This document shows positions 1 to 9,406 of a stretch of 61,075 nucleotides of DNA, piece after piece. Position numbers and translations under genes: made by a program. The notes under the pieces were generated by a model. The model was not told the origin of the DNA. It saw nothing but the letters and a program-made list of their open reading frames with translations, and searched no databases. This DNA comes from a virus. Its lineage: Duplodnaviria > Caudoviricetes. The stretch covers positions 1 to 61,075 of IMG/VR virus record IMGVR_UViG_3300010354_000093; one strand, written 5' to 3'. Numbering within the stretch: the stretch's first letter is position 1; each line of letters begins with the position of its first letter.

Positions 1-420
1 GAGTGTGCCGATGCGGCTCACGGCCTCGGTGGGCACATTATTGCTGACGGTGGCTGCACTTGCCCCGGAGACGTTGCAAAGGCTTTTGGCGCTGGTGCAG
101 ACTTTGTGATGCTAGGCGGTATGCTAGCCGGTCATGATGAAGGCGGTGGTGAAGTCAAAGATGGCAAAGTCACATTCTATGGTATGAGTTCGGATACTGC
201 TATGGAAAAGCACCATGGAGGTGTAGCGGAATATCGTAGCAGTGAAGGACGTACTGTTACAATTCCATACAAAGGTGCTGTGGAAAATACCGTTTTAGAT
301 CTATTAGGCGGTATTCGTAGTACCTGTACATACGTAGGTGCACCGTCACTTAAACAATTAAGTAAATGCACTACTTTTATCCGTGTTAACAGACAAATTA
401 ATGATGTGTTTTTAAAATGA
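1..420 (+). CDS. guaC: GMP reductase (5'-truncated by window edge)
   Basis: Frame open from base 1: [47 protein letters not shown]...FYGMSS..AM...YRSSEG...[13 protein letters not shown], the C-terminal half of the GuaC (IMPDH/GMPR family) pattern. Confidence 0.93.
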   Translation, partial: ECADAAHGLGGHIIADGGCTCPGDVAKAFGAGADFVMLGGMLAGHDEGGGEVKDGKVTFYGMSSDTAMEKHHGGVAEYRSSEGRTVTIPYKGAVENTVLDLLGGIRSTCTYVGAPSLKQLSKCTTFIRVNRQINDVFLK

Positions 421-764
421 AACCAGAAACTCCAGCACAAGGTGTACTCCAAGTAAACGATTGGGGACACAGTAAAATGTACAAAGCCGTGTGTCAATGT
501 GGTAACGACGACTGCACTCATACTATTGATGTCGAGGCGGAAGACCACGGTGATGTTATTGTAACAATTTATACCAAAGTTAGGACCAATTTTTGGTCTA
601 TGACCAGATGGCAACATATTTGGCAACTCTTAATTCGGGGCTATACAGATTTAGAAACTTCCATTGTGATGAATAAACAGGTTGCTCTTAACTATTCAAA
701 TGTGTTACAATCAGCAGTCAACGATATAGAAGAATTTAGGAATAAGAAAAATGTCAAAAATTAA
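417..764 (+). CDS. hypothetical protein (CxCxxxxCxH possible metal-binding cluster)
   Basis: 115-aa ORF, ATGA overlap with the guaC stop; [10 protein letters not shown]. Confidence 0.7.
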   Translation: MKPETPAQGVLQVNDWGHSKMYKAVCQCGNDDCTHTIDVEAEDHGDVIVTIYTKVRTNFWSMTRWQHIWQLLIRGYTDLETSIVMNKQVALNYSNVLQSAVNDIEEFRNKKNVKN

Positions 765-1611
765 AATTGCAGAATTATTTTATAGCATTCAAGGCGAAGG
801 ACGTTACATGGGTGTACCGTCCGTTTTCTTACGTACATTTGGTTGTAATTTTAAATGTCAAGGTTTCGGCATGCCCAGAGGTCAACTAAGTACTGAAGCA
901 GACGACCTAGCAGAAGTTGTTCATATGTTTAACAAGTATGAAGAACTACCTTTAGTTAGCACAGGCTGTGATAGCTATGCTAGCTGGCATCCAAGTTTTA
1001 AAGATCTTAGCCCGATGCTCACTACAGATGCTATTGCAGAACGTATTATGGAAATTCTTCCACACGGCGAATGGCAATCAGAACATTTAGTTATTACAGG
1101 CGGCGAGCCTTTGCTAGGTTGGCAACGTGCTTATCCAGACTTGCTCAATCATCCTAAGATGACTGGCTTGCGTGAAATTACATTTGAAACAAATGGTACT
1201 CAAGCACTTACTCCAGAGTTTACACAATATTTGAAAGACTGGCCGTGGCAACATAAAGATAATATTGCTCGAGAGCTTACATTCTCAGTAAGTGCTAAAC
1301 TTCCATGCAGTGGAGAAAAGTGGGAAGACGCCATTCGTCCCGAAATTGTCAAGTCGTATCAAGACATTGGTGCTACTGTATATCTTAAATTTGTTATTTC
1401 TACAGAAGAAGATTTTGCAGATGCTTTACAAGCAACCAAGGAATTCCGTGATGCAGGTTTTCGAGGCCACGTTTATCTAATGCCAGTCGGCGGAGTCGAG
1501 AGTGTTTATGCACTAAATAATCGTACAGTAGCAGAACTTGCTATGAAACACGGACTTAGATACAGTGATCGTTTGCAGGTTCCGCTCTTTAAAAATGAGT
1601 GGGGAACTTAA
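751..1611 (+). CDS. queE: 7-carboxy-7-deazaguanine synthase (radical SAM)
   Basis: ELFYSIQGEG..G.PSVFLRTFGCN..C, GCDS, VITGGEP, ETNGT, SVSAKL, LKFVI, YLMP, RLQV motifs typical of QueE. Confidence 0.88.
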   Translation: MSKIKIAELFYSIQGEGRYMGVPSVFLRTFGCNFKCQGFGMPRGQLSTEADDLAEVVHMFNKYEELPLVSTGCDSYASWHPSFKDLSPMLTTDAIAERIMEILPHGEWQSEHLVITGGEPLLGWQRAYPDLLNHPKMTGLREITFETNGTQALTPEFTQYLKDWPWQHKDNIARELTFSVSAKLPCSGEKWEDAIRPEIVKSYQDIGATVYLKFVISTEEDFADALQATKEFRDAGFRGHVYLMPVGGVESVYALNNRTVAELAMKHGLRYSDRLQVPLFKNEWGT

Positions 1612-3047
1612 TGCATCAACCAGTTAGACATATTTGTATTTTTGGAGCAGGATCGGCAGGGTGGGTTTCAGCGTTAGGTATTAAAGCATTATTGCCTGGT
1701 GTAGAAATTACAATTATTTGTCCTAAAAAACATTCTAGTATTGGAGTGGGTGAGTCTACACTACCTGATTTACTGCACATACTAGAACAAGCCGGTATAG
1801 ATTTACCAGAGTTTATGGTTGCTACTAACTCTGTATTTAAACATGGCATGTATTTTAAGAACTGGGACGGTGAAGGAACTGAATACTGGCATCCTTTTTC
1901 TAATTTAGATCGAACCGGCAATATGTATTCAAGAGCTCATCATTACCACATGATGAGCAAAATCGATCCTGTCAATTTTCCAAGAAAAGACTACTATAAA
2001 CACGTTCACCCAAGCTGGACATTAGCTATTGAAAACAATCTAAGTTCGACAGAGATGGGGCATGCATTACATATTAATGCTATCGAGTTTGCCGATTACG
2101 TAAGAAAATTTGTAGGAAATAGTGTTAGAGTAATTGACTGTGACAATCATCATATTAATCATGATGATAAAAAGATAGAATCAATTATTGTAGACGGCAT
2201 CACAATTAATGCAGATTTATATATCGACTGTAGCGGATTTAATAAAGTACTGATTAGTAAAGTTAGCGAACTTGAACACGATAATTACGAAGCTAATGTA
2301 AATGTGGCATTATTTGGTCGTGTGCAATATAATCATCCTAAAGTAAAGTTTATCCCGTACACTAAAGGAGAAGCAACCAAACACGGTTGGATTTGGACTA
2401 CTCCTATTAGAAATCAAGTCGGTACTGGATGTTGCTACCATAGTAATTTTACTAGCGACGAAGAAGCAATGAAAACTTTTATAGACTATTGGGGCGGTGC
2501 TATAGAAGAAAAAAACATTAGAAAAATACCGTTTCCTTCAACTTCGCTTAAACAACCTTGGGTCAGTAATGTTGTTGCTATTGGTCTTAGTTCTGGGTGG
2601 GTGGAACCGTTGGAAGCAACAGGATTAAGTACATTTATCCAAGCTATTAGTAGCTTAACTCGATTTCTAGAAAATCATTATTATGATCAGGATGTTATAA
2701 ACAGGTATAACGCTAATACTGTAAATCACATAGAAGACATCAAAGATTTTATTGATGTACACTACACACTTAGTAGCCGAAGAGATAGCGACTTCTGGAG
2801 ATGGGCTACAAGCCGAAAAATGCATCCTAGGTTGGAATCAAAATTAGAAATATATCGTAAATTCTTACCTAACTTAAACAATAGGCAGTCAACATACTCG
2901 TGGGCGTTTAATGACATTTCATGGATTGATACATTAACAGGATACAATTTTGATTTCGATCCTATCACTAATACCCCGCAATGGTTGTTAAATAAACGCG
3001 ATATGGAACTGTACATGGATTTTAATAAAATGGTAAAGGGTCAATAA
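1611..3047 (+). CDS. flavin-dependent (tryptophan halogenase-family) halogenase
   Basis: GAGSAG FAD motif, IGVGEST, FKHGMYFKNW (conserved Lys), DCSGF, GWIWTTP (WxWxIP-like), EPLEATG; ATG at 1611 overlaps the queE stop. Confidence 0.85.
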   Translation: MHQPVRHICIFGAGSAGWVSALGIKALLPGVEITIICPKKHSSIGVGESTLPDLLHILEQAGIDLPEFMVATNSVFKHGMYFKNWDGEGTEYWHPFSNLDRTGNMYSRAHHYHMMSKIDPVNFPRKDYYKHVHPSWTLAIENNLSSTEMGHALHINAIEFADYVRKFVGNSVRVIDCDNHHINHDDKKIESIIVDGITINADLYIDCSGFNKVLISKVSELEHDNYEANVNVALFGRVQYNHPKVKFIPYTKGEATKHGWIWTTPIRNQVGTGCCYHSNFTSDEEAMKTFIDYWGGAIEEKNIRKIPFPSTSLKQPWVSNVVAIGLSSGWVEPLEATGLSTFIQAISSLTRFLENHYYDQDVINRYNANTVNHIEDIKDFIDVHYTLSSRRDSDFWRWATSRKMHPRLESKLEIYRKFLPNLNNRQSTYSWAFNDISWIDTLTGYNFDFDPITNTPQWLLNKRDMELYMDFNKMVKGQ

Positions 3048-3337
3048 TGGAATTGTGGCAAAAAGTAAAAGATTTCTGGGTTCGTAGTTATACCAGCGAC
3101 AGACGTGCATTTTATTATGAAACTGTAGCAAGTGCATGTGTGTTTATATCTATGACTTGGATTAGCATTACAGCTCAACATCCGCCAATGCATCTAATTT
3201 ATCCTATTAGTTTTACAGGTGCAGTTTTTAGTATTTTAGCATTTGTCAGGAGAGGAGCAGGTTGGCCATTAGTTATGACTTGTTATTTTGCTTGCTTACA
3301 TGTGTTTGGGTTCGGAAGAGCTATGGGATGGTATTAA
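3047..3337 (+). CDS. small membrane protein (about 3 hydrophobic segments)
   Basis: 96-aa ORF coupled by TAATG overlap; hydrophobic stretches. Confidence 0.7.
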   Translation: MELWQKVKDFWVRSYTSDRRAFYYETVASACVFISMTWISITAQHPPMHLIYPISFTGAVFSILAFVRRGAGWPLVMTCYFACLHVFGFGRAMGWY

Positions 3338-3338
3338 T

Positions 3339-3788
3339 ATGAAAAAACTTATGAGAAAATTGCTTGGCATAGAAGAGATAGAAAAAAACATCGCCATTGC
3401 ACAAGCTAAACTGGAAGAGACGGAGCGTCTTAGAACGGAGGCGTTAGAAAGAGCATCGGAAGCATTGGCTAAAGAAGAAGAAGCTAAACTTACTCCTAAA
3501 GATCGGGCAACTAAAAAGAAAGAGCCATGGGTTGCCGTTTTAGATACTCATGTTAATAAAGATAATATTCGAAACGGATTTTTTGAGTTAGATTGGAATG
3601 AATATTTTATAGAAGAACTTAAAAAATCTGGTTACGGGTTTGACGGTGATTTAGAAGAAGAAATAGTAGATCGTTGGTTCCGAGATTTAGCAAGAAACAT
3701 GCTAACTGACGAAGGACTTGATCCAAATAGGGGCGCTGGTTTTATTGATGTAAGAAAAATATCGCCTGATAAATCTGAAGTAAGTTAA
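3339..3788 (+). CDS. hypothetical phage protein (N-terminal coiled coil)
   Basis: ATG 3339 follows the previous stop; EPWVAVL...GFFELDWN...IVDRWF. Confidence 0.75.
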   Translation: MKKLMRKLLGIEEIEKNIAIAQAKLEETERLRTEALERASEALAKEEEAKLTPKDRATKKKEPWVAVLDTHVNKDNIRNGFFELDWNEYFIEELKKSGYGFDGDLEEEIVDRWFRDLARNMLTDEGLDPNRGAGFIDVRKISPDKSEVS

Positions 3789-4360
3789 TGAAAATTATAG
3801 ACAAAAACGATTATATCGAAAGATACGATTTCAGTAAATTAATTACCGAAGAAGATAATAAAGAAATTATGCGTATTAGCAAAGAGCTAATTGACGCAGG
3901 ATTATACTTTACTAATAGTCCTAAATATCAAACCAAGGCTAATTTATTTGCCAGGCCTGAACCCGTGTTTCTTAAAATGAGGCAAAGTTTTATCTATAGT
4001 TGCTTTATGTTTTTAGGCAAAGAAGTTAAAATCAAAGGAATAAACAGTTGGGTGTTTATGACAAAACACGGTGACGAAATTGATAGACAACAGCTATGGC
4101 ATCATCATCACTACGATAAAGAATTTGGTAAAGTAAGTGGAATATGGTATGTAAACATTCCCGAAGATGCAGGGGATTACAATCATTCCGGAACTGAATT
4201 TGCATTAGATGGAGTTGATGGTACTGATAAAGTACTTGTGCGACCATCTGAGTCTACTTGGATTGTTTATCCAAGTAAATTATGGCACCGGCCGGCGTTG
4301 ACGTACAATAAAGAAAATTACAGATTTGTATTTGCGGCCGACTTGGAGTATTTACTATGA
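3788..4360 (+). CDS. putative 2OG-Fe(II) oxygenase
   Basis: WHHHH...VSGIWYV...GTEF...YPSKLWHRP...RFVFAAD matches the DSBH HxH...H...R pattern of phage 2OG-Fe(II) oxygenases. Confidence 0.65.
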   Translation: MKIIDKNDYIERYDFSKLITEEDNKEIMRISKELIDAGLYFTNSPKYQTKANLFARPEPVFLKMRQSFIYSCFMFLGKEVKIKGINSWVFMTKHGDEIDRQQLWHHHHYDKEFGKVSGIWYVNIPEDAGDYNHSGTEFALDGVDGTDKVLVRPSESTWIVYPSKLWHRPALTYNKENYRFVFAADLEYLL

Positions 4361-5547
4361 AGCTTGCAGTTCTTGGTGTTGGGACTGCTGGACTCACATC
4401 ATTATCACATTGCCTTGCTCATTTAAATGATGAGTGGACTATATACTCTATAAGCGATCCTGCAACACCTATTTTAGGGATTGGCGAAAGTACTACTCCA
4501 TTAATTCCCGGGCAGTTGTACAACGGTGCAAGATTTACTTTATTAGAAGATTCTAACGAGTTAGATGCAACTGTAAAATATGGTGTCAAGTATGTTGGTT
4601 GGCGCGAAAAAGATTTTTTTAGTCATATACTTCCGCCAAACCATGCAATACATTTTAATAATTTTAAACTTAAAGAATTTTGTTTTAAAAGGTTTGCGGA
4701 TCGTTGGAAAGATAAATTTAAGATTATATACGGAAAAATTAATTATTTAGAGAATCAGAAATCTTGGGCTACTGTATCTGTAGAAGATCAAGTTTATAAT
4801 TTTGACTATGTTATTGACTGTAGAGGATATCCAGAAAACTATACCGACTACAACGTATTAGAGTCTATTCCAGTAAATCATTGTCTTGTACACACAGTAA
4901 ACGAACCAGGTGAGTGGACCTGGACATATCACAAAGCCCATAGAAACGGATGGATGTTTGGCATTCCTTTAAAATCTAGGCAAGGATGGGGTTATTTGTA
5001 TAACGACAAAATAACTCCCCGAGAAGATGCTGTTGCAGATATTGCAGAGAGGTTAGGTGTTAACTCTAAAGAGCTAGCTTTAAGAGAATTTTCTTTTAAA
5101 ACATACTATGCAAAAAAGTTCATGGAAGGGCGTGTTATTAAAAATGGTAATCGCGCACTATTCTTTGAACCAATGGAGGCGCTGTCAGGATCATTCTATG
5201 GAACATTAATGAGATCGTTCATCAGTTTTATAGCAGGCGACATTGATGAAGACTATTTCAATACTAGCTTAACACATACTGCACAGGATTTTGAAAATTT
5301 TATCTGTTTTATGTATCACGGCGGTTCAAATTACGAATCGAAGTTCTGGGAAATAACCAAAAATAGATGCCGGGCTCATTTACACAACAACGAGCGATTC
5401 AACTATTTTATCGATTTAATAAGAACACTTAAACCTCACGAATTTGAACACAAAATGTGGACTCCATTTTTGTCAACCAATTGGATTGACTTTGATCGAG
5501 ATTTAGGATATAATTACTTTAATCCTAACTCTAAAGAACGACCATGA
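4357..5547 (+). CDS. second flavin-dependent halogenase-family protein
   Basis: GVGTAG, GIGEST, VKYGVKYVGW, IDCRG, GWMFGIPL, GNRALFFEPMEA. Confidence 0.8.
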   Translation: MKLAVLGVGTAGLTSLSHCLAHLNDEWTIYSISDPATPILGIGESTTPLIPGQLYNGARFTLLEDSNELDATVKYGVKYVGWREKDFFSHILPPNHAIHFNNFKLKEFCFKRFADRWKDKFKIIYGKINYLENQKSWATVSVEDQVYNFDYVIDCRGYPENYTDYNVLESIPVNHCLVHTVNEPGEWTWTYHKAHRNGWMFGIPLKSRQGWGYLYNDKITPREDAVADIAERLGVNSKELALREFSFKTYYAKKFMEGRVIKNGNRALFFEPMEALSGSFYGTLMRSFISFIAGDIDEDYFNTSLTHTAQDFENFICFMYHGGSNYESKFWEITKNRCRAHLHNNERFNYFIDLIRTLKPHEFEHKMWTPFLSTNWIDFDRDLGYNYFNPNSKERP

Positions 5548-6530
5548 CTTATATTATCGTAGATACTGCTAACACATTTTTTCGTGCTAGACACGTAGTA
5601 AACGGATCTAGTGACATTAAATTAGGCATGGCATTCCACATTACGTTTAATAGTATTAAAAAAGCATGGAACGATTTTAACGGAAGCCATGTTGTTTTCT
5701 GCCTAGAAGGCAGATCGTGGCGCAAAGACTTTTACGAGCCTTATAAACGTAATCGTGCAGAAAGTCGTGCGGCACTCACTGCAAAAGAACAAGAAGAAGA
5801 CAAACTGTTTTGGGAAGCGTTTGACGAATTCAAACAGTTTGTAATTGAAAAAACTAACTGTACTGTATTGCATCATCCTCAACTAGAAGCAGACGATCTT
5901 ATTGCAGGGTTCATTCAATCACATACAAAAGATAAACATGTGATCATTTCAACAGACAGCGATTTTTATCAACTAATTGCCGAGAACGTAAGTCAATACA
6001 ATGGTGTTCAAGAGCATCATATCACGCACGAAGGTATTTTTGATGCAAAAGGTAAACTTGTTAAAGACAAAAAAACTAACGAAGCAAAAGAAATCCCTAA
6101 TCCCGAATGGCTACTTTTTGAAAAATGTATGCGCGGTGATACCAGTGATAATGTCTTCTCGGCGTACCCAGGTGTACGTGTTAAAGGCACAAAAAACAAA
6201 GTGGGTCTTACTGAAGCGTTCCAAGATCGTAATAGCAAAGGCTTTGCGTGGAACAATCTCATGCTTCAGAGATGGGTTGATCACGAAGGAAAAGAACATA
6301 GAGTAAAAGAAGATTACGAACGCAATCGCATACTCATCGACTTGGCTGCTCAACCAGAAGAAATTAAAACACTTATTCGCAAAACTATAGAAGTAGATTG
6401 CATACCAAAAGATGTTACACAAGTTGGCATTCGTATGCTTAAATTCTGTAATGCTTGGGATATGAAAAAAATAGCAGATAACATTCAGCAATATGCTGAA
6501 CCCTTTCAAGCAAAATATCAAAGGAAATAA
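5544..6530 (+). CDS. rnh: T4 RNase H-like 5'-3' exonuclease (FEN family)
   Basis: IIVDTANTFFR, SWRKDFYEPYKRNR, LEADDLIA, ISTDSDFYQL, GDTSDNV, RNRILIDL. Confidence 0.9.
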   Translation: MTYIIVDTANTFFRARHVVNGSSDIKLGMAFHITFNSIKKAWNDFNGSHVVFCLEGRSWRKDFYEPYKRNRAESRAALTAKEQEEDKLFWEAFDEFKQFVIEKTNCTVLHHPQLEADDLIAGFIQSHTKDKHVIISTDSDFYQLIAENVSQYNGVQEHHITHEGIFDAKGKLVKDKKTNEAKEIPNPEWLLFEKCMRGDTSDNVFSAYPGVRVKGTKNKVGLTEAFQDRNSKGFAWNNLMLQRWVDHEGKEHRVKEDYERNRILIDLAAQPEEIKTLIRKTIEVDCIPKDVTQVGIRMLKFCNAWDMKKIADNIQQYAEPFQAKYQRK

Positions 6531-6532
6531 AA

Positions 6533-6733
6533 ATGGCACGTAAAAAGAAAGAAGATTCTTCAGAGACATGGCCTAAAGTTATACAAGGCAGTCACAGTAC
6601 TAGAACAGAATACGAAGATGGCCGTATAGAGTTTGTTACAGACTGGGATGCACTACAGCGAGATGTGCGCGAAGCTATCGCCAGCGTAGAAAACAAAACT
6701 GAAGAAAAGCCTAAGCGTACAAGGAAAAAATAA
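6533..6733 (+). CDS. hypothetical protein
   Basis: 66-aa ORF with AGGA RBS, tightly packed. Confidence 0.65.
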   Translation: MARKKKEDSSETWPKVIQGSHSTRTEYEDGRIEFVTDWDALQRDVREAIASVENKTEEKPKRTRKK

Positions 6734-7212
6734 TGACAGAGATACACGCCAAGCCCATTGTTGATGGCAAATTTTGGATCGTCGAGATGAACGGCGAAAA
6801 AATTGCTACATTACATAAAAAAGAAAATAATAAATTTCTACTGAGTAGTACTACCGGGGAAGTCGTTTTCAATAAGAAAGAAGAACTGACTAATCAGTTT
6901 GGTAGAGATTTCTTTTTATCTAACTCAAAAGTAAAAGTCACAAACCTTGAACCTAAAGAGTGCCACGGATATCCTACCAGCTGTAAACCAAATAATTCAA
7001 TGTACGATGTGCGTAGGAAATTGCCGTTGTTTACAAAGAGCGCACAAAGTAAAAGTCTGTACTGTGCCGGATACTATATCATTAAGTTCGATAAAGGATG
7101 GGTTAAAAGTTTTTGCCCTAAGGCAATTACTGTTGAAAGATATCCGTATAAAGGCCCTTTTAAAACTGAAATTGAAATGAAACAGGTGTTGGCAAATGCA
7201 AAATCAAATTAA
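6733..7212 (+). CDS. hypothetical phage protein
   Basis: 159-aa ORF coupled by TAATG overlap. Confidence 0.75.
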   Translation: MTEIHAKPIVDGKFWIVEMNGEKIATLHKKENNKFLLSSTTGEVVFNKKEELTNQFGRDFFLSNSKVKVTNLEPKECHGYPTSCKPNNSMYDVRRKLPLFTKSAQSKSLYCAGYYIIKFDKGWVKSFCPKAITVERYPYKGPFKTEIEMKQVLANAKSN

Positions 7213-7441
7213 TACTTCACCGTTTTCACAATTTGCACAGATACTACGGGCCGCAGAGCAAGCTCAAAGCAAAGAGGTAAAATTACCCATTCATCAAGCA
7301 AGAGCTTTAAATCTAGCTCTTCTTGAAGTTTTAAGTAAATTAACACAAGACTACGAGAGTCTTTTTAACGAACTACGCAAAAATAAAGATTCTGAAGTTA
7401 TTAGTGTAACTATGGATGGCGGTACTTTTAACAAAGAATAG
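7196..7441 (+). CDS. hypothetical protein
   Basis: 81-aa ORF overlapping the upstream gene. Confidence 0.7.
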   Translation: MQNQINTSPFSQFAQILRAAEQAQSKEVKLPIHQARALNLALLEVLSKLTQDYESLFNELRKNKDSEVISVTMDGGTFNKE

Positions 7442-7442
7442 A

Positions 7443-7450
7443 GATAAATA
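7443..7450 (+). promoter_or_regulatory. putative late promoter -10 element GATAAATA
   Basis: One mismatch to the T4 late consensus TATAAATA, 23 nt before ATG 7474. Confidence 0.5.
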
Positions 7451-7473
7451 TATGCGTATATTTGGATACGCAA

Positions 7474-7758
7474 ATGAGTAGACCTAAACCAAAAATTCTT
7501 TTAGAACACGTTAATAAAAAGACATATAAAGCCGAACAGATTTTAGAAGCCGACGCTATATGGGCTGTGTTTTACAAGAACGAACCGTTTAATTTAAAAT
7601 CATTTAATAGTCTGACTAGCTATCCAGGCCCAAAATATAAAAAAGTGTCTTTCTCAAATCCCGGGCATGCACACAATTTGGCAAAGAAGTTAAATTTAAC
7701 ATTTGGGTGTGAAGATTTTCAAGTAGTTAAACTTACCCAAGGCCAAATTATAAAATGA
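7474..7758 (+). CDS. hypothetical basic protein
   Basis: ATG 7474 preferred over TTG 7462; MSRPKP...[17 protein letters not shown]. Confidence 0.75.
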   Translation: MSRPKPKILLEHVNKKTYKAEQILEADAIWAVFYKNEPFNLKSFNSLTSYPGPKYKKVSFSNPGHAHNLAKKLNLTFGCEDFQVVKLTQGQIIK

Positions 7759-8162
7759 TTCCACGTGATGCTCTTACTAAAATTTTTTTACAACAATGGG
7801 GAAAGAGCACAGACAAAGCTAATGTATCCATGTACTCAAGGACATGGTGGCAATCGAATCGTTCAGGAAAAAACTCTTTTCGATTAAGCGACAAAGGGTA
7901 TGAGTTTTTAGCATCCGAGCTAAACATTAAAGAATACGAAATACCATTTACCGAACCTATTGACCTAAGTCCACAAACAATAGTATTTTTGGAAAGATAT
8001 ATGGATTGCCCGTATTATCTGACAAACCAAAGTATTACTGTTTTTAGCGAGCGCAAGAGTTTTGAGCTAATGTTGTTTTCTGACGACATTCGTAAATTTG
8101 GTTTGGTAAAAGCTATCAACGAACGCGAAAAAGAGATATCCGAAACGGTTAAGAACTCTTAA
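7755..8162 (+). CDS. hypothetical protein
   Basis: 135-aa ORF, ATGA overlap. Confidence 0.75.
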   Translation: MIPRDALTKIFLQQWGKSTDKANVSMYSRTWWQSNRSGKNSFRLSDKGYEFLASELNIKEYEIPFTEPIDLSPQTIVFLERYMDCPYYLTNQSITVFSERKSFELMLFSDDIRKFGLVKAINEREKEISETVKNS

Positions 8163-8169
8163 AAAGTAG

Positions 8170-8198
8170 TTGACTTTTGTGCGGATCTCCCGTATAAT
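8170..8198 (+). promoter_or_regulatory. sigma70-type (early) promoter
   Basis: TTGACT(8170-8175)-17 bp-TATAAT(8193-8198) in the intergenic gap before the AAA+ gene. Confidence 0.85.
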
Positions 8199-8246
8199 AC
8201 ATACATCAACTAAACAACATTCCCCTTAACTTTTAAAGGAATTAAA

Positions 8247-9335
8247 ATGGCAGAAGTTATTAGCCGCACCGTAGGACCTAAAAACGCTAAAAAGTCCTTG
8301 CGTAAGGCATTTAAGAGTAAGCGTCCGATTTTCATGTGGGGGCCACCCGGAATTGGTAAATCTGATATTATTAAACAACTCGGTGACGAGCTAGATGCTC
8401 ACGTTATCGATGTTCGTTTGAGTCTTTGGGAACCTACTGATATTAAAGGTATCCCTTATTTCGATTCAAACACAAACACAATGGTTTGGGCTCCTCCTAG
8501 CGAACTTCCTAGCCAAGATTTGGCTAGTCAGCATAAACAAATTGTTTTGTTCCTTGACGAACTGAACTCTGCGGCTCCTGCTGTACAAGCGGCGGCTTAT
8601 CAGCTTATTTTGAATCGCCGTGTAGGCACTTATCGCTTGCCTGACAATGTATCGATTGTTGCCGCAGGTAACCGTGAAACTGACAAGGGTGTTACTTATC
8701 GTATGCCTGCTCCGTTGGCTAACCGTTTTGTTCACTTGGAACTTGCCGTCGACTGGGACGACTACTTCGAGTGGGCTACTGAAAACAAAGTACATAAGGA
8801 TGTTGTTGGCTTCTTAACTTTCTCTAAGAAGGACCTCTACGACTTTGATCCAAAGTCTAGCTCACGTGCATTTGCTACGCCACGCTCTTGGTCTTTTGTG
8901 AGCGAATTGCTTACCGATGATGACACAGATACTGACACACTTACTGACTTGGTGTCGGGTGCAATTGGCGAAGGACTTGCTATTAAGTTTATGGCGCATC
9001 GAAAGATTGCTAGCAAACTTCCAGATCCGTCCGACATTCTTAAGGGCAAAGTTAAGAAAATGGACACTAAAGAAATTTCCGCTATGTACTCTTTAACTGT
9101 CTCATTGTGCTATGAGCTTAAAGATGCTTGCGATAAAAATGCCAAAGACTGGAATGACCAAGTAAATTGTTTCTTTGAATTCATGATGAATAACTTCGAA
9201 ACAGAGTTGGTTATTATGGGAACTAAACTTGCTCTTAGCCAATACAAACTTCCGTTGGATCCGGACGAGATTAAATGCTTCGACGACTTCCATGCAAAAT
9301 TTGGTAAGTACATTGCGGCAGCTACTGAAAAATAA
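8247..9335 (+). CDS. MoxR-like AAA+ ATPase
   Basis: Walker A GPPGIGKS, Walker B LFLDELN, AAGNR sensor, PLANRF Arg finger, TPRSW sensor II; AAGGA RBS. Confidence 0.9.
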   Translation: MAEVISRTVGPKNAKKSLRKAFKSKRPIFMWGPPGIGKSDIIKQLGDELDAHVIDVRLSLWEPTDIKGIPYFDSNTNTMVWAPPSELPSQDLASQHKQIVLFLDELNSAAPAVQAAAYQLILNRRVGTYRLPDNVSIVAAGNRETDKGVTYRMPAPLANRFVHLELAVDWDDYFEWATENKVHKDVVGFLTFSKKDLYDFDPKSSSRAFATPRSWSFVSELLTDDDTDTDTLTDLVSGAIGEGLAIKFMAHRKIASKLPDPSDILKGKVKKMDTKEISAMYSLTVSLCYELKDACDKNAKDWNDQVNCFFEFMMNNFETELVIMGTKLALSQYKLPLDPDEIKCFDDFHAKFGKYIAAATEK

Positions 9336-9351
9336 TTTGGTTTAGCACCAT

Positions 9352-9380
9352 TTGACACCGCCCCCGGGCGGTGTTATACT
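9352..9380 (+). promoter_or_regulatory. sigma70-type promoter containing a GC-rich inverted repeat
   Basis: TTGACA(9352-9357)-17 bp-TATACT(9375-9380); ACACCGCCC-CC-GGGCGGTGT at 9355-9374. Confidence 0.8.
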
Positions 9381-9406
9381 ATATACATATACAAAAGGAG
9401 CACCAG

